Source: an uncultured Gemmatimonadales bacterium
GTDB lineage: Bacteria > Gemmatimonadota > Gemmatimonadetes > Gemmatimonadales > GWC2-71-9
Direction: 5' to 3'
Assembly (NCBI GenBank): GCA_963728915.1
Contig: CAVSLV010000001.1
Coordinates: forward strand, 480,001-544,000
Length of the DNA: 64,000 bases
Shown: one piece after another, positions 9,545-19,494 of the stretch
Layout: the number at the start of each line of letters is the position of its first letter
Numbering within the stretch: position 1 is the first letter of the stretch
Translations under genes and position numbers: made by a program
The notes under the pieces: generated by a model
Told to the model about the DNA's origin: nothing
Seen by the model: only the letters and a program-made list of their open reading frames with translations
Database searches by the model: none

Positions 9545-10677
9545 GGCTGCTTACCCTCTGCTACGAATTCCCTCCGCTCGGGGGCGGGGGGGCGCGGGTA
9601 GTGCACGGGCTGTCGCGCGAGCTGGTTCGACTCGGGCACCAGGTCGATGTGGTCACCATGGGGTGGAGCAATCTGCCCCGTCGTGAGGTGGTGGACGGGG
9701 TGCAGGTCTATCGGGTGCCGTGTGGCCGGCGGGCGCTGCACGTGTGTACTGGAGGGGAAGCGCTTCGCTACGTTCTCGCGGCGGCCCCCTCCGCGCTCCG
9801 ACTTGCGCGCCGGCACCGGTATGACCTCAACTCCACCCATTTCATTTTTCCGGACGGGGCGATCGCCTGGCTGCTGCGACGCCGGACCGGTCTGCCCTAC
9901 ATCATCACGGCGCACGGGTCCGATGTTCCGGGGTATAACCCGCACCGGCTTCGGCTCGCGCATCGAGTGCTCCGGCCGGCCTGGCAGGAGGTCGTTCGCG
10001 GAGCGGCCGGACTGGTCTGCCCCAGCGAAACCATCCGGCGGCTGGTCCGGGAGCGTCGGGAGTCGACGGAGGTCATCTGCATTCCCAATGGGACCGATCC
10101 GGATCGGTTCCGCCCTGTCGCTCCAGGCACCCGCATTCTCTCGGTCGGCAAGATGTTCGAGAGGAAGGGGGTGCAGCATCTCCTCCGGGCACTGGAGGGC
10201 GTTCCCCTGGCGCAAGCGGTCGAGATCGCCGGCGACGGTCCCTATTTGCCGGCGATCCAGGAAATCGCGGCTCGCACCGGCGTGCCGGTGCGGTTCTCGC
10301 CGTGGCTCGACCACGGCTCCGCCGAGTTCACCGAGCTGTTCGAGCGATCCGGCATCTTCGTGCTGGCCTCCGAGTCGGAGAACTTCCCGGTGGTGCTGCT
10401 GGAGGCGATGACCGCGGGGCTTGCGATCGTGACCACGCGGGGCACCGGCTGCGCCGAGGTAGTGGGGGATGCCGCGCTGCTGGTGCCGCCGAAGGATGTC
10501 GGTGCGCTTCGCGCCGCGTTGCTCCGCCTCCTCGGCGATCCTGGGCTGCGGGCCTCTCTCGGCGCCGCCGCGCGGCGCCGGCTGGTGGAGAATTTCGGCT
10601 GGCCGGTGATCGCGAAGCAGTACCTCGCGCTGTACCAGCGGCATGCCCGCGATCCCCGAGAGACCGGCTCGACGTGA
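9541..10677 (+). CDS. Glycosyltransferase family 4
   Basis: YEFPPLGGGG, TAHGSDV, IPNG, KGV, FVLASESENFPVVLLEAM. Confidence 0.92.
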   Translation: MRLLTLCYEFPPLGGGGARVVHGLSRELVRLGHQVDVVTMGWSNLPRREVVDGVQVYRVPCGRRALHVCTGGEALRYVLAAAPSALRLARRHRYDLNSTHFIFPDGAIAWLLRRRTGLPYIITAHGSDVPGYNPHRLRLAHRVLRPAWQEVVRGAAGLVCPSETIRRLVRERRESTEVICIPNGTDPDRFRPVAPGTRILSVGKMFERKGVQHLLRALEGVPLAQAVEIAGDGPYLPAIQEIAARTGVPVRFSPWLDHGSAEFTELFERSGIFVLASESENFPVVLLEAMTAGLAIVTTRGTGCAEVVGDAALLVPPKDVGALRAALLRLLGDPGLRASLGAAARRRLVENFGWPVIAKQYLALYQRHARDPRETGST

Positions 10678-11681
10678 TGCCGACCCGGCGCGCCATCATT
10701 CGGGCGCTCAAGCTCGCCGTTGCCGGCGGACTCTTCTACTACATCTTCCGGGTTGTGCCGTTCGCCGCGGTACTGCAGTCGCTCCGCTCCGCCCGCCTCG
10801 GGTTGGTCCTCGCCGGGCTCGCCCTCCTGCTGGCTTGCCGAGTGATCGCCGCCGCTCGCATGAAGCTGCTCACCGCGCGACTCGGACTCCGGTTCTCGTT
10901 GCTCGAGATCTTCGAGATCGGTACCACCGCGACCTTCTACGGCCTGGTGCTTCCAGGCATCATCTCCGGCGGGATGATCCGGTGGTACAAGCTGGCTCGC
11001 CAGGGCGAGCCGGTGTACGCGCTGGCTTCGCTCATCTGGGATCGGCTGGCCGATGCAACCGGCGTCGCCCTGATCGGGATAGGCTGCTGGCTGCTGAGTC
11101 GCCCCTCGGCCCCACGAGCAGCGGTGGGTCCCGCTCTCGTGGTGGGCGGGATCGTGCTGGTGGCGTCATCTCTCGCCGGTTTCTCGCGTGGGGTGGGCGA
11201 TCGGGTGTTTCCCCGGATCGAGCGAGTGGCTCGGCGCCTCCGGTCCGACCGGCTCCGTCTCAGGGTTGAGCAGATGGCCGCAGCGGGTCGCCGCTACCAG
11301 GACGATGGCGCGGGCCTGGCCTCGCGCGTCGCGGTGCTGACCGTCGCGTCGCAGCTGGCGGGCGCGCTCGCCTTTCTCTGCTGGGCGCGGTCGCTGGGCA
11401 GCGGCGTCGGGTTTGCGGAGCTGACCCTGGCCCGGTCATGCTACTTGCTCACCGTGCTGTTACCGATCACGTTCGCCGGTCTGGGGGCGCGCGAAGGCAT
11501 CCTGATGCTCCTGTTACGCCCCTATGGCGTGAGCGGCGCCAATGCGGTTGCCCTCGCCTTCATCCAGCTTGGTGGCACGCTGGTCCTGGCGGCGTTCGGC
11601 GGGCTGTTCGAGCTCAAGCGTGTCTGGCTTCCCTCCCGGCCCGAACCCGAGCCCGTGGCGCCCCTCGAGGGCGAGGAGTGA
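10677..11681 (+). CDS. LPG-synthase TM/UPF0104 flippase-like membrane protein
   Basis: Multiple TM segments; LPG.ISGGMIR, WDRLAD, LPITFAGLGAREG; TGATG coupling with the upstream GT4. Confidence 0.85.
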   Translation: MPTRRAIIRALKLAVAGGLFYYIFRVVPFAAVLQSLRSARLGLVLAGLALLLACRVIAAARMKLLTARLGLRFSLLEIFEIGTTATFYGLVLPGIISGGMIRWYKLARQGEPVYALASLIWDRLADATGVALIGIGCWLLSRPSAPRAAVGPALVVGGIVLVASSLAGFSRGVGDRVFPRIERVARRLRSDRLRLRVEQMAAAGRRYQDDGAGLASRVAVLTVASQLAGALAFLCWARSLGSGVGFAELTLARSCYLLTVLLPITFAGLGAREGILMLLLRPYGVSGANAVALAFIQLGGTLVLAAFGGLFELKRVWLPSRPEPEPVAPLEGEE

Positions 11682-11860
11682 ACTGACTCGTGGTGGCGTA
11701 ACATCTTGTGCGGTTCCCTCCCGGCCGTTTCGTCTCGTTGCAGGTGATCTCCCCACCCCTGAGATGGCACCGCGCGCCGCCCTCCCCCACCTCACCGGCC
11801 AGGATCGTCTGGTGATGGCATGGGTGGTGGGTTAGGCGAGCTCGTTCCGGAGGTGTGACC

Positions 11861-12250
11861 ATGACCAAGGAAGAAGAGCAATCGAAGACCATTCCAGCCT
11901 GGCTGGCAGATGAATGGGGGCTGGCGTGGATGGACGAGCACGCAGCGAAGCTCAGACAATCCGTTTCGGGGCAGCACTTTCTGTACTGGAGTCTTTCCAT
12001 CGCCTTCGTGACCGGTCTGGCCGCTCAGATCGGTGGCTATGCTCTCCAGTCGTCGCTGCCCAACGGGATTCCCGGACTTCTGGGTGATCTGCTTCACGCG
12101 GTCGGTTGGTCGCTCTGGACGGGGGCGGTCGTGTTCGTGTTCGTCGAGATCATACCGGAGGCGAAGCGACGCCAAATCAGGCAGGCGCTTGCCGCGTACG
12201 ACGCAGTGCGGCGCGAACGGGCCAAAGCCGCGGGCAGTTGCGAGGGCTAG
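11861..12250 (+). CDS. Small membrane protein of unknown function (2 TM); intact copy of a duplicated gene
   Basis: RBS GGAGG before ATG; hydrophobic segments; paralogous copy at 22060-22363 differs largely at synonymous or conservative positions. Confidence 0.7.
   Translation: MTKEEEQSKTIPAWLADEWGLAWMDEHAAKLRQSVSGQHFLYWSLSIAFVTGLAAQIGGYALQSSLPNGIPGLLGDLLHAVGWSLWTGAVVFVFVEIIPEAKRRQIRQALAAYDAVRRERAKAAGSCEG
11870..12176 (+). repeat. ~300 bp dispersed direct repeat, copy 1 (copy 2 at ~22060-22363)
   Basis: Shared runs such as gaagagcaatcgaag, ctgtactggagtctttccatcgc and gaggcgaagcgacgccaaa; roughly 85-90% identity by eye. Confidence 0.9.
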
Positions 12251-12270
12251 CCGTACCGGCTCGACCCGAG

Positions 12271-12302
12271 TGCGGTTCGGATGCAGCCGCGTGCCGATCG
12301 TC
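12271..12302 (+). promoter_or_regulatory. Candidate LytTR binding site (imperfect direct repeat, 21-bp period)
   Basis: tgcggttcgga at 12271 and tgccgatcgtc at 12292; resembles the pair at 16187/16208 and the AlgR box CCGTTCGTC. Confidence 0.4.
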
Positions 12303-12376
12303 CCCCCAGCAGGTCGCCACAGAGCCGAGGGCGCAACCTTGGATGATCGGGTTCTACCGACCACCGCGAGGCCCTC

Positions 12377-13294
12377 ATGTTCACGGATCGCCGCCACCGC
12401 CCTCTGTTTGCCGCGCTCACCGCTCTCGTTTCCATTGTCCCGGTGACGGGACGCGCCCAAACGGTTGATTCCGCCCATGTGGCCGCTGCGGATGCGAGTT
12501 ATCGCTCCCGGCGCTGGAACGAGGCGGTCGCCGCCTATGGCGCGCTGGTGGGGGCCGACGCGAGGAACAGCCTTGCCTGGTACCGACTCGGCATCGCATC
12601 GCTAGCCCTCGCGGATACCGCCACCGCCGACTCGGCGCTGCGACGCACCGTCCGGCTGGTGCCCCTCCCATCCGCGATGCTCACCCTCGCCGCGATTGCC
12701 GCTGGTCGCGCCCCCCGCGATTCCGCCCTGGCGTGGGTGACGCGAGCAGCTGACGCGGGATTGCGGGCACCCGATGCCCTGATGCAGAACCCGGCGTTCG
12801 ATGGCCTTCGCAATGATTCCCGATTCGCGGCGGCTCTCGCCACGATCCGGCGAAACAACGACCCCTGTGGCGGAGTCGAGCATCACGCCCTCGACTTCTG
12901 GATTGGGCGCTGGGAGGTGCGCGAAGCCACCGGTCGCGTGGCGGGAACCAGCACCGTCGAACCGATTCTCGGTGGGTGCGCTCTGCATGAAGTCTGGGAT
13001 ACGGGTCCGGGCGACAGGGGCGAGAGCCTCAACGCGTACGATCCGGTGACCCGCACGTGGAAGCAATTCTGGGTGGACAGCCGGGGCCGGGTCACCCAAT
13101 ACCTTGATGGGGAGTTCAGCGAAGGCCGGCTGCGATTTCCGCGGTCCGCCCCGACCGCCGGTGCGCGAATCCTTCGGCTCACCTTCACCCTGGAGTCGCC
13201 GGACCAGGTTCGCCAGTTTGCGGAAGAGTCACGGGACGGTGGCAAGAGCTGGGCGACCCGCTATGATCTGTACTATGGTCGTGTCCGCCCGTAG
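12377..13294 (+). CDS. Secreted TPR protein with C-terminal DUF1579-like beta domain
   Basis: Signal peptide (..TGRA|Q); TPR helices AWYRLG; C....HALDFWIGRWEV...GCALHEVW...SLNAYDP...WKQFWVD...SRDGGKSW. Confidence 0.75.
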   Translation: MFTDRRHRPLFAALTALVSIVPVTGRAQTVDSAHVAAADASYRSRRWNEAVAAYGALVGADARNSLAWYRLGIASLALADTATADSALRRTVRLVPLPSAMLTLAAIAAGRAPRDSALAWVTRAADAGLRAPDALMQNPAFDGLRNDSRFAAALATIRRNNDPCGGVEHHALDFWIGRWEVREATGRVAGTSTVEPILGGCALHEVWDTGPGDRGESLNAYDPVTRTWKQFWVDSRGRVTQYLDGEFSEGRLRFPRSAPTAGARILRLTFTLESPDQVRQFAEESRDGGKSWATRYDLYYGRVRP

Positions 13295-13310
13295 GCGAGC
13301 CGGGTCGAAC

Positions 13311-15362
13311 GTGACGCCGCAGTGGCCGGCGGCATGGTGGCTGGGGACCGGAGCCGTGTGGTGTGGCGTGGCCCTGTTGCGCACCGCCTTATGGTGGGCG
13401 CCGCGCCCGACCGGGCCGCGCCTTGTTGCAGGCCTCGCGATATTCGGGCTTTCGGCGCTGTTCTGGTCCCTCGTAACCCGCGCAATGGCTGCGGGGCTGC
13501 ATGCGGCGCGCCGGTTCGCGGCGCGTCCCTGGAGCCAGCGGGTCGCCCTCATCATTTCGAGTGGCGCGGTCGTCGTCCTCGAGGCGGCATGGTGGCGTGG
13601 AGCGGTGCGCCTCGTCACCGGCCGTCCCGCGATCGGCACCCTGGCCTACACCACTTTCAACAACCTCGACACTACCCTGATCATGCTGGGCGCCGCGCTG
13701 GTGGTCCTGCTGGCCATCGAGCGCCGCCGCGCAGTCACCGCCGCGATCGTGCGGACGGAACGTCTCGCGGCCAGTCTCGCCGAGGTTCGGCTCCACGTAC
13801 TGGGATTTCAGCTTCAGCCGCATTTCCTTTTCAACACCTTGCACGTCCTCTCCGAGCTGGTGCATCGGGGCGACGACAGCGCACGCCAACTCGCGTCCCG
13901 CCTCCGCGACCTGTTCGTATCGGCCTCGGATCCGGAGACGCCGGCCGAAATCACCCTGGCCGAGGAGGTCGGCCTGGTACGCAGCTACCTGGCCATTCAG
14001 GAGATGCGGTTCGAGACGCGGCTGACCGTTGAGGTGAGCGTCCCACCGGACCTGGCCGGGGCGCTGGTCCCACGCTTCCTGCTTCAGCCCCTGGTGGAGA
14101 ACGCGATTCGACACGGCACCGAACCGCGGATCGGGGCCGGCGCGATCCGGATCACCGCGAGCCGGGATGGCGAAATGCTGCGGATCGCCGTGACGGACAA
14201 CGGTGGCGGGCCAGGGTCGGCGTTCGGTGGACCAGAAGGGTTCGGGCTTCGCAACACGCGGGAGCGGCTGGCGCAACTCTACGGAGATCGGCAGGAGCTG
14301 ACGTTGTCGCAGGTATCGATGGGCGGGGCGGAAGCGGCGGTGCGATTGCCCTATCATAGTGTCCCAATCTCCGACCCGACCGATGCTCCCGATAGCGAAG
14401 GGGCGGCACCTCTGCCCGGTGTGACGCGCGGGCCGGTATCTCGCCTTTCTCGAGCGGCCCTCCTGCTCGTGGGCGCCGCCGCGGTAGCGATGGTCTGGAT
14501 TCTTCAGGAAGCCGCCCTGGCGCGGCTCGCCTGGTCTCCGTTCGGCCTGGCGAGCTCCGCGATGCGAAATGGCCTGGCGGTTGTGCCGTGGGTGGTCGCG
14601 TTTCCGTTGGTCGCCGCGGTGACCGCGCGCTGGCCCGTAGACGGGGACCGGCGCCTGGCCATCTCCGCACATGCCCTGGCGGCCATTGTCCTGGCGGCCG
14701 CAATGGTAATGACCCGCCGGTTCAGCGGTGCCGCGGGTTCTACCGGTCCGTGGTATGGACCGTCGTTGGCATACGTCGTCGTGATCACGGTCGCCGGCTA
14801 CGCGCTCGGTGCGGCCGCGGCGCACGGGATTCTGGCAGAGCGCGCCCGGGATCGGGAGCTCGTGCGGATGGCCCGGGTCGACGCGGATTTGTCACGCGCG
14901 CGGCTCGAGCTGGTGCGGTGGGGCATTCAACCGGAGCTTCTCGTCTCGGTGCTGGAGGATGTCGGTAAGTTGACCCAGTCCGACCCCGACCAGGCGGACC
15001 GGCTCGTCGTGGCCCTGGGTGACTTCCTGCGCGCGGTGCTGGCGGGCGTGGCGCGCAAGACCAGCCTCCTGGGCGACGAATGCGCCTGCGCCGAGGCGTA
15101 TCTGGCGCTCGAACGCACCCGGGGCCGGGTCGGTCCCGACTCCCGGCTTGACTGCCCGGAGGAGGCACGCGACGTGAAGTGTGCACCGCTCGCGGTGGTG
15201 GCGGCGCTCTGGCAGGTGATCCGGGAAACGGGAGTCAACGCGAGGTTCATCGTCGTCTCCGATCCGGGCGGTCTCGGCATTCGCGTCGCGCCGTTCCCGG
15301 AGGCCGGTGGCCCTGGCGTCGTCCCGCCGGCGGGCCATCTGTTGCGAATGGAGCTGGCGTGA
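13311..15362 (+). CDS. LytS/YehU-family sensor histidine kinase carrying a second TM + degenerate kinase module
   Basis: QLQPHFLFNTL, TLAEEV...YLAIQEMRF, LLQPLVENAIRHG, DNGGG, GFGLRNTRERL; then a second TM bundle and WGIQPELL...ADRLVVALGDFLR; GTG start inferred. Confidence 0.85.
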   Translation: MTPQWPAAWWLGTGAVWCGVALLRTALWWAPRPTGPRLVAGLAIFGLSALFWSLVTRAMAAGLHAARRFAARPWSQRVALIISSGAVVVLEAAWWRGAVRLVTGRPAIGTLAYTTFNNLDTTLIMLGAALVVLLAIERRRAVTAAIVRTERLAASLAEVRLHVLGFQLQPHFLFNTLHVLSELVHRGDDSARQLASRLRDLFVSASDPETPAEITLAEEVGLVRSYLAIQEMRFETRLTVEVSVPPDLAGALVPRFLLQPLVENAIRHGTEPRIGAGAIRITASRDGEMLRIAVTDNGGGPGSAFGGPEGFGLRNTRERLAQLYGDRQELTLSQVSMGGAEAAVRLPYHSVPISDPTDAPDSEGAAPLPGVTRGPVSRLSRAALLLVGAAAVAMVWILQEAALARLAWSPFGLASSAMRNGLAVVPWVVAFPLVAAVTARWPVDGDRRLAISAHALAAIVLAAAMVMTRRFSGAAGSTGPWYGPSLAYVVVITVAGYALGAAAAHGILAERARDRELVRMARVDADLSRARLELVRWGIQPELLVSVLEDVGKLTQSDPDQADRLVVALGDFLRAVLAGVARKTSLLGDECACAEAYLALERTRGRVGPDSRLDCPEEARDVKCAPLAVVAALWQVIRETGVNARFIVVSDPGGLGIRVAPFPEAGGPGVVPPAGHLLRMELA

Positions 15363-16162
15363 CGATCCGGGCACTGGTGGTGGACGACGAAGCCGCGGCG
15401 CGTGAGCGGATCCGACGCCTGTTGGCCGACGAGAAGGGAATCGACCTGATCGCCGAGCGCGATAATGGCCCGGAGGCGCTGAGAGCGATTCGCGAGCTCG
15501 AGCCGGACCTCGTGTTTCTCGACGTCCAGATGCCGGGGTTCGACGGATTTCGAGTGCTCTCCGGAATTGACCCCGCCCGAATGCCAGCGATCGTGTTCGT
15601 GACCGCATACGATCAGTACGCGGTGCGGGCCTTCGACGCACACGCGGTGGACTACCTGTTGAAACCGTTCGACCGCGCCCGGTTCGGTACCGCGCTCTCG
15701 CGCGCTCGGGCCGCCCTCGGCGAGGGAGACGAGGCGACCGGCCTGCTCGCCCTGCGGGACCACGTATCGCGAGAGGGCGCCCCGGCCCGGCCCGGCGATG
15801 CCTATCCGGAACGGCTTATCATCAAGGATGCCGGACGGATCTACTTTGTGCGAGTCGCTGATGTCGACTGGGTCGAGGGCGCGCGGAACTACGTGCGCCT
15901 GCACGCGGGAAAGGACCGGCATATCCTGCGCCGTACCCTGAGGGGCGTGGGCGACCTGCTCGATCCCCGACAGTTCGTTCGCATCCACCGGTCGACCATC
16001 GTGAACGTCGCGCGGATCCGCGAGATGCAGCCGTGGTTCTCGGGTGACTACCTGGTGATCCTGCATTCCGGCGAGCGGCTCAAGATGAGCCGCAATCACC
16101 GCGAGCTGCTCGAAACGAACCCATCGTGGGGTGGCGCCACTCGGATCGGGACCGGACCCTAG
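15359..16162 (+). CDS. LytTR-family response regulator
   Basis: ALVVDDE, FLDVQMP, FVTAYD, DYLLKPF; LytTR domain FVRIHRSTIVN...MSR; GTGA overlap with the kinase. Confidence 0.95.
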   Translation: MTIRALVVDDEAAARERIRRLLADEKGIDLIAERDNGPEALRAIRELEPDLVFLDVQMPGFDGFRVLSGIDPARMPAIVFVTAYDQYAVRAFDAHAVDYLLKPFDRARFGTALSRARAALGEGDEATGLLALRDHVSREGAPARPGDAYPERLIIKDAGRIYFVRVADVDWVEGARNYVRLHAGKDRHILRRTLRGVGDLLDPRQFVRIHRSTIVNVARIREMQPWFSGDYLVILHSGERLKMSRNHRELLETNPSWGGATRIGTGP

Positions 16163-16186
16163 CGCCGCCCGGCGTCATCACCGGTA

Positions 16187-16218
16187 TGGAGTTCGTCTCG
16201 GATGCGGTGCAGTTCGTC
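16187..16218 (+). promoter_or_regulatory. LytTR-type tandem binding boxes upstream of the PDZ/serine-hydrolase operon
   Basis: tggAGTTCGTC (16187) and tgcAGTTCGTC (16208), exactly 21 bp apart; fits the LytTR 9-bp + 12-bp architecture and the AlgR-like GTTCGTC core. Confidence 0.7.
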
Positions 16219-16282
16219 CCGCAGTCATTCCACCCGAGCGGCAGCCCGTCTTGATTCATGCACCTGATCGGAGTCCCCCGGA

Positions 16283-17041
16283 ATGACCGTTTCCAGCTGC
16301 GGCAACCTCGTCCTGCTCCTTTCATTGACCGTGCCCGTGACCGCCATCGGGCAGGCGCCTTCGTCTCCTGCTCCCGCAGGATCGACCCTCACGCTGCCCG
16401 TCGCGGGCGGCCGATCAGTTCGGATCGAGCCCGATGCGTATGCTGCGCTGCGTGTCTCGGCGGTCACCGGCGGCTCGGACTCCGCTTCGGCGCCGGGGTT
16501 ACGGGCAGGGGACCTGGTGATCGGCCCCGCGAAGGACGGCCGGCTCACTCTGGCTGGGCTGCGTGACCTTGTGAAAGGCGTCGCGGAAGGCGACAGCGTC
16601 GCGCTCGAAGTTCGGCGGGACGCGGAGACGCTGACGGTCTACTATCGGAAGCCGACCGCGGCCGAGCTCGCTCGGATGGGGGCGGTCTCGATACCAGGCG
16701 GCGCGGCCAGAGGGGCGGGGGGCACCTGGATGACCCTCCAGGCGAGTCCCGACGTGGCGGGGTCCGACCAGATGCTCGTGATCGCCGGGAACCAGATCCG
16801 GCTGGACGAAGAGTCCGGGCAGCTCAAGGTGATGATGAAGCTGCGCGATCCCGACATGGCCGCGGTCGGACTCAAGGCGCTGGATCGCATCCTCAAGATC
16901 AATCGGGATACGGTGGCGGACCTGGCATCGCTCATCGCGAAATACGGCGCGCTTCCCGCCGGGGACTCGGTGACCCTGCTGGTCGAACGGAATGGAGCCC
17001 CGCTGGCGCTAACGTTCCTCAAGCCCGCGCCTCGCCCGTGA
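16283..17041 (+). CDS. Secreted tandem-PDZ protein with no protease domain
   Basis: Signal-like N-terminus; two PDZ-like units: GLRAGDLVI...GDSVALEVRRD and GLKALDRILKIN...GDSVTLLVERNG. Confidence 0.7.
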   Translation: MTVSSCGNLVLLLSLTVPVTAIGQAPSSPAPAGSTLTLPVAGGRSVRIEPDAYAALRVSAVTGGSDSASAPGLRAGDLVIGPAKDGRLTLAGLRDLVKGVAEGDSVALEVRRDAETLTVYYRKPTAAELARMGAVSIPGGAARGAGGTWMTLQASPDVAGSDQMLVIAGNQIRLDEESGQLKVMMKLRDPDMAAVGLKALDRILKINRDTVADLASLIAKYGALPAGDSVTLLVERNGAPLALTFLKPAPRP

Positions 17042-18832
17042 GAGTCGGCCGCCGGCCCTTGTTCCCCGGAAGAGCCTCCGCTCTTCTCGTCGGGGTCCTC
17101 TCGGCATCACCACACCTCGCGCCCGCCCAGTCCACCGCACGGTCGCAGGCGGCGATCGAGGCGGTGGTCTCGAAATTCGACCGCATGACGGGCCCCGGTT
17201 TCACCCTTCTGGTGGTGCGCCACGACTCGATCGTCTATCGCCATGACACCGGACTGGCCAACCTCGACGACGCGGTACCGATCGGAGGCCAGACGGTGTT
17301 CGGGGTCGGTTCGATCGCCAAGCAATTCACCGCGTTCGGCATCGCCCTTCTGGCGGAACAGCACCGGCTAGCCCTGACGGACGACGTCCGCCAATATGTC
17401 CCGGAGCTGCACCCGATGGGCACACCCGTCACCATCGGCGACCTGATCCATCACACGTCAGGATATCCCGACCTGCTTGGCGTCCTGGCGCTCGGGGGGA
17501 TTGCGCCCGACGACCGGGTCGGCCGCGGGCAGGCGGTCGCTCGGCTTGCCCGCCTCGAGTCGCTCGCGGCACCTCCCGGCACCCAGCAAGCCTACAGCAA
17601 CGCCGGGTACCTGCTCCTGTCCGAGGTGATCGCACGCATTACGGGGGAGTCCTTCGCACCCTGGATGCAGGCGAATGTGTTCGATCCGATCGGGATGAGG
17701 GCAACCCATTTTCTCGACGACTCCGGTCTGCGGATGGGGGACGTCGTGCCGCATCGGGCGGTGCCCTATCGCGGGCGGCCCGGCCGGTTCGAGCCGGCGC
17801 TTCGGTTTGTCGACTACGCGGGACCCTCCGGGCTGCGCACGACGGCGTCCGACCTGGGAAAGTGGTTGATGAACCTCGAGAGCGGGCGGATCGGCGGCTC
17901 AGCGGTTCGCGACCGGATGGGCGAGCGTGGAGTACTGGCGAACGGCGACACGATCAACTACGCGTTTGGCCTCATCGTCGGCAACTATCGGGGCCGTCCC
18001 ACCCTGATGCATGCGGGCAGCGTGCCGGGAGTACAGGCTTCGCTGCTGCTCTTCACGAAGGACTCACTGGGCGTCGTCCTGGTGGCGAATTGCGAGGACC
18101 TGAGCCTGACCCGCCTGCCGTACGAGGTGGCCGATCTCCTGCTGGCTGACCGTTTGGCGCCCGCCTCAGCGGGCGTCACAAACAATGGTTCGTTCTTCCT
18201 CACCGACGAGCCCCAGCCAGCGCCGCCGGAGTCTCGTGGCGTGGTGCCCGATCCGGCGGTGCTGAGGACCGCAGCGGGCAGGTATCGGACCGCCGACGGC
18301 CGCGACTTCGAGGTGCGGGTTCGCGAGGGCGGTCTCGAGCTTCTCGTTCGGGGAGCCGCCGTTCTTCCAGCTGTTTGCGATTGCCGGTCGGCGGTTTCTG
18401 CTGCCGCGACTGAATTACGAGTTCTCGTTCCCCCCGCGACCGGACGGCGCCAGGGACATGATGCTCCACCTCACAACGCGGTCGGTCCGGCGGGGCGAGC
18501 CGCGGGATGTCCCGGCGCCGCGCGTCACCCTGGGGATCCTGACCGGTTCGCAGCTCGCCGACCTGACCGGGCGCTACCGGAGCGACGAGGCCGATGCCGA
18601 ATTCGAAGTTGAGGCCGACGGTCAGGAGATCGTCCTCCGGCAGTCGCGCCTTGGGGCCTTTCCTCTCCGCCGGGCTGGCGCCGACGAATACGTGAGTGCC
18701 GGTGAGGCGGCCGCTTTTCCCCTGATTTCGCGGGTCCGGTTCGAGCGCGGGGCCGACGGACGCGTGTCCGGCATCACGGTCGAAGCCTATGCGTTCGGGG
18801 TCACGATGACGTTCGCGAAGGTGATCCCGTGA
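17038..18832 (+). CDS. Serine hydrolase (class C beta-lactamase/D-aminopeptidase-like) with C-terminal beta domains; +1 indel near 18343
   Basis: SxxK (GSIAKQF), LIHHTSG, YSN, HAGS; after ...GLEL continues in the next frame SFGEPPFF...LTGRYRSDE...FAKVIP. Confidence 0.85.
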
Positions 18833-19494
18833 GCGTTCGGAACGTCGTGTGCCTGCTCGTCGCGGCGCTTCAGGGTGTCGGCTGCGCCTCCGATCCGATC
18901 ACGGCTGGGATCCACGAGACCTGCAGCGGATACGGGATCCCCGACGCTTCGCCCTACGCCCTGCCGTACCCCGTCGGGGTGACCTGGCCGGTGTGGCAGG
19001 GCAACTGTTCCGGGTTCGGGCATTCCGGATTCTGGAAGTACAGTTACGACTTCAATATGCCGATCGGGTCCGTGGTGACCGCTGCGCGCGGCGGCACCGT
19101 GTTTTACACCTACGCCAGCGCGCGGGACGACGGCCCCCACGATTCGACGGCGCGACCCAACCTGGTATTCATCCGTCATGCGGATTCCACCGTCGCCGTC
19201 TATTCCCACCTCATGCGAAACGGGGTGCGCGTGCTGGTCGGTCAGGTGGTGGCTCAGGGTGACACGATCGCGCTGAGCGGCAACACGGGCTACACCGACG
19301 ATCATCCGCACCTCCACTTTTCGATCCATGCTTGCGCGAGCCTTCCCGGGTTTGCAGATGTGCCGAGCTGTCCGGCGCTCGCCACGGTGTTCTCCAATGC
19401 GGAGCCACCGCCTTCCGGCCCGCTCCAGCAGGGCGTGTCGTACAAGAGCGGGACCCTGAGCCCCATGCCGGATCCCGGCTCGGAGATCCGATGA
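18829..19494 (+). CDS. M23 family metallopeptidase, lipoprotein
   Basis: Lipobox-like GVGC; GH....YSYDF, VTAARGG, YSHL, SGNTG, HPHLHF. Confidence 0.88.
   Translation: MSVRNVVCLLVAALQGVGCASDPITAGIHETCSGYGIPDASPYALPYPVGVTWPVWQGNCSGFGHSGFWKYSYDFNMPIGSVVTAARGGTVFYTYASARDDGPHDSTARPNLVFIRHADSTVAVYSHLMRNGVRVLVGQVVAQGDTIALSGNTGYTDDHPHLHFSIHACASLPGFADVPSCPALATVFSNAEPPPSGPLQQGVSYKSGTLSPMPDPGSEIR

Noticed and set aside
17038..18832. Calling the serine hydrolase an antibiotic-resistance beta-lactamase
   Set aside because: HAG rather than KTG, plus extra C-terminal domains, fits peptidase/esterase members; activity cannot be inferred
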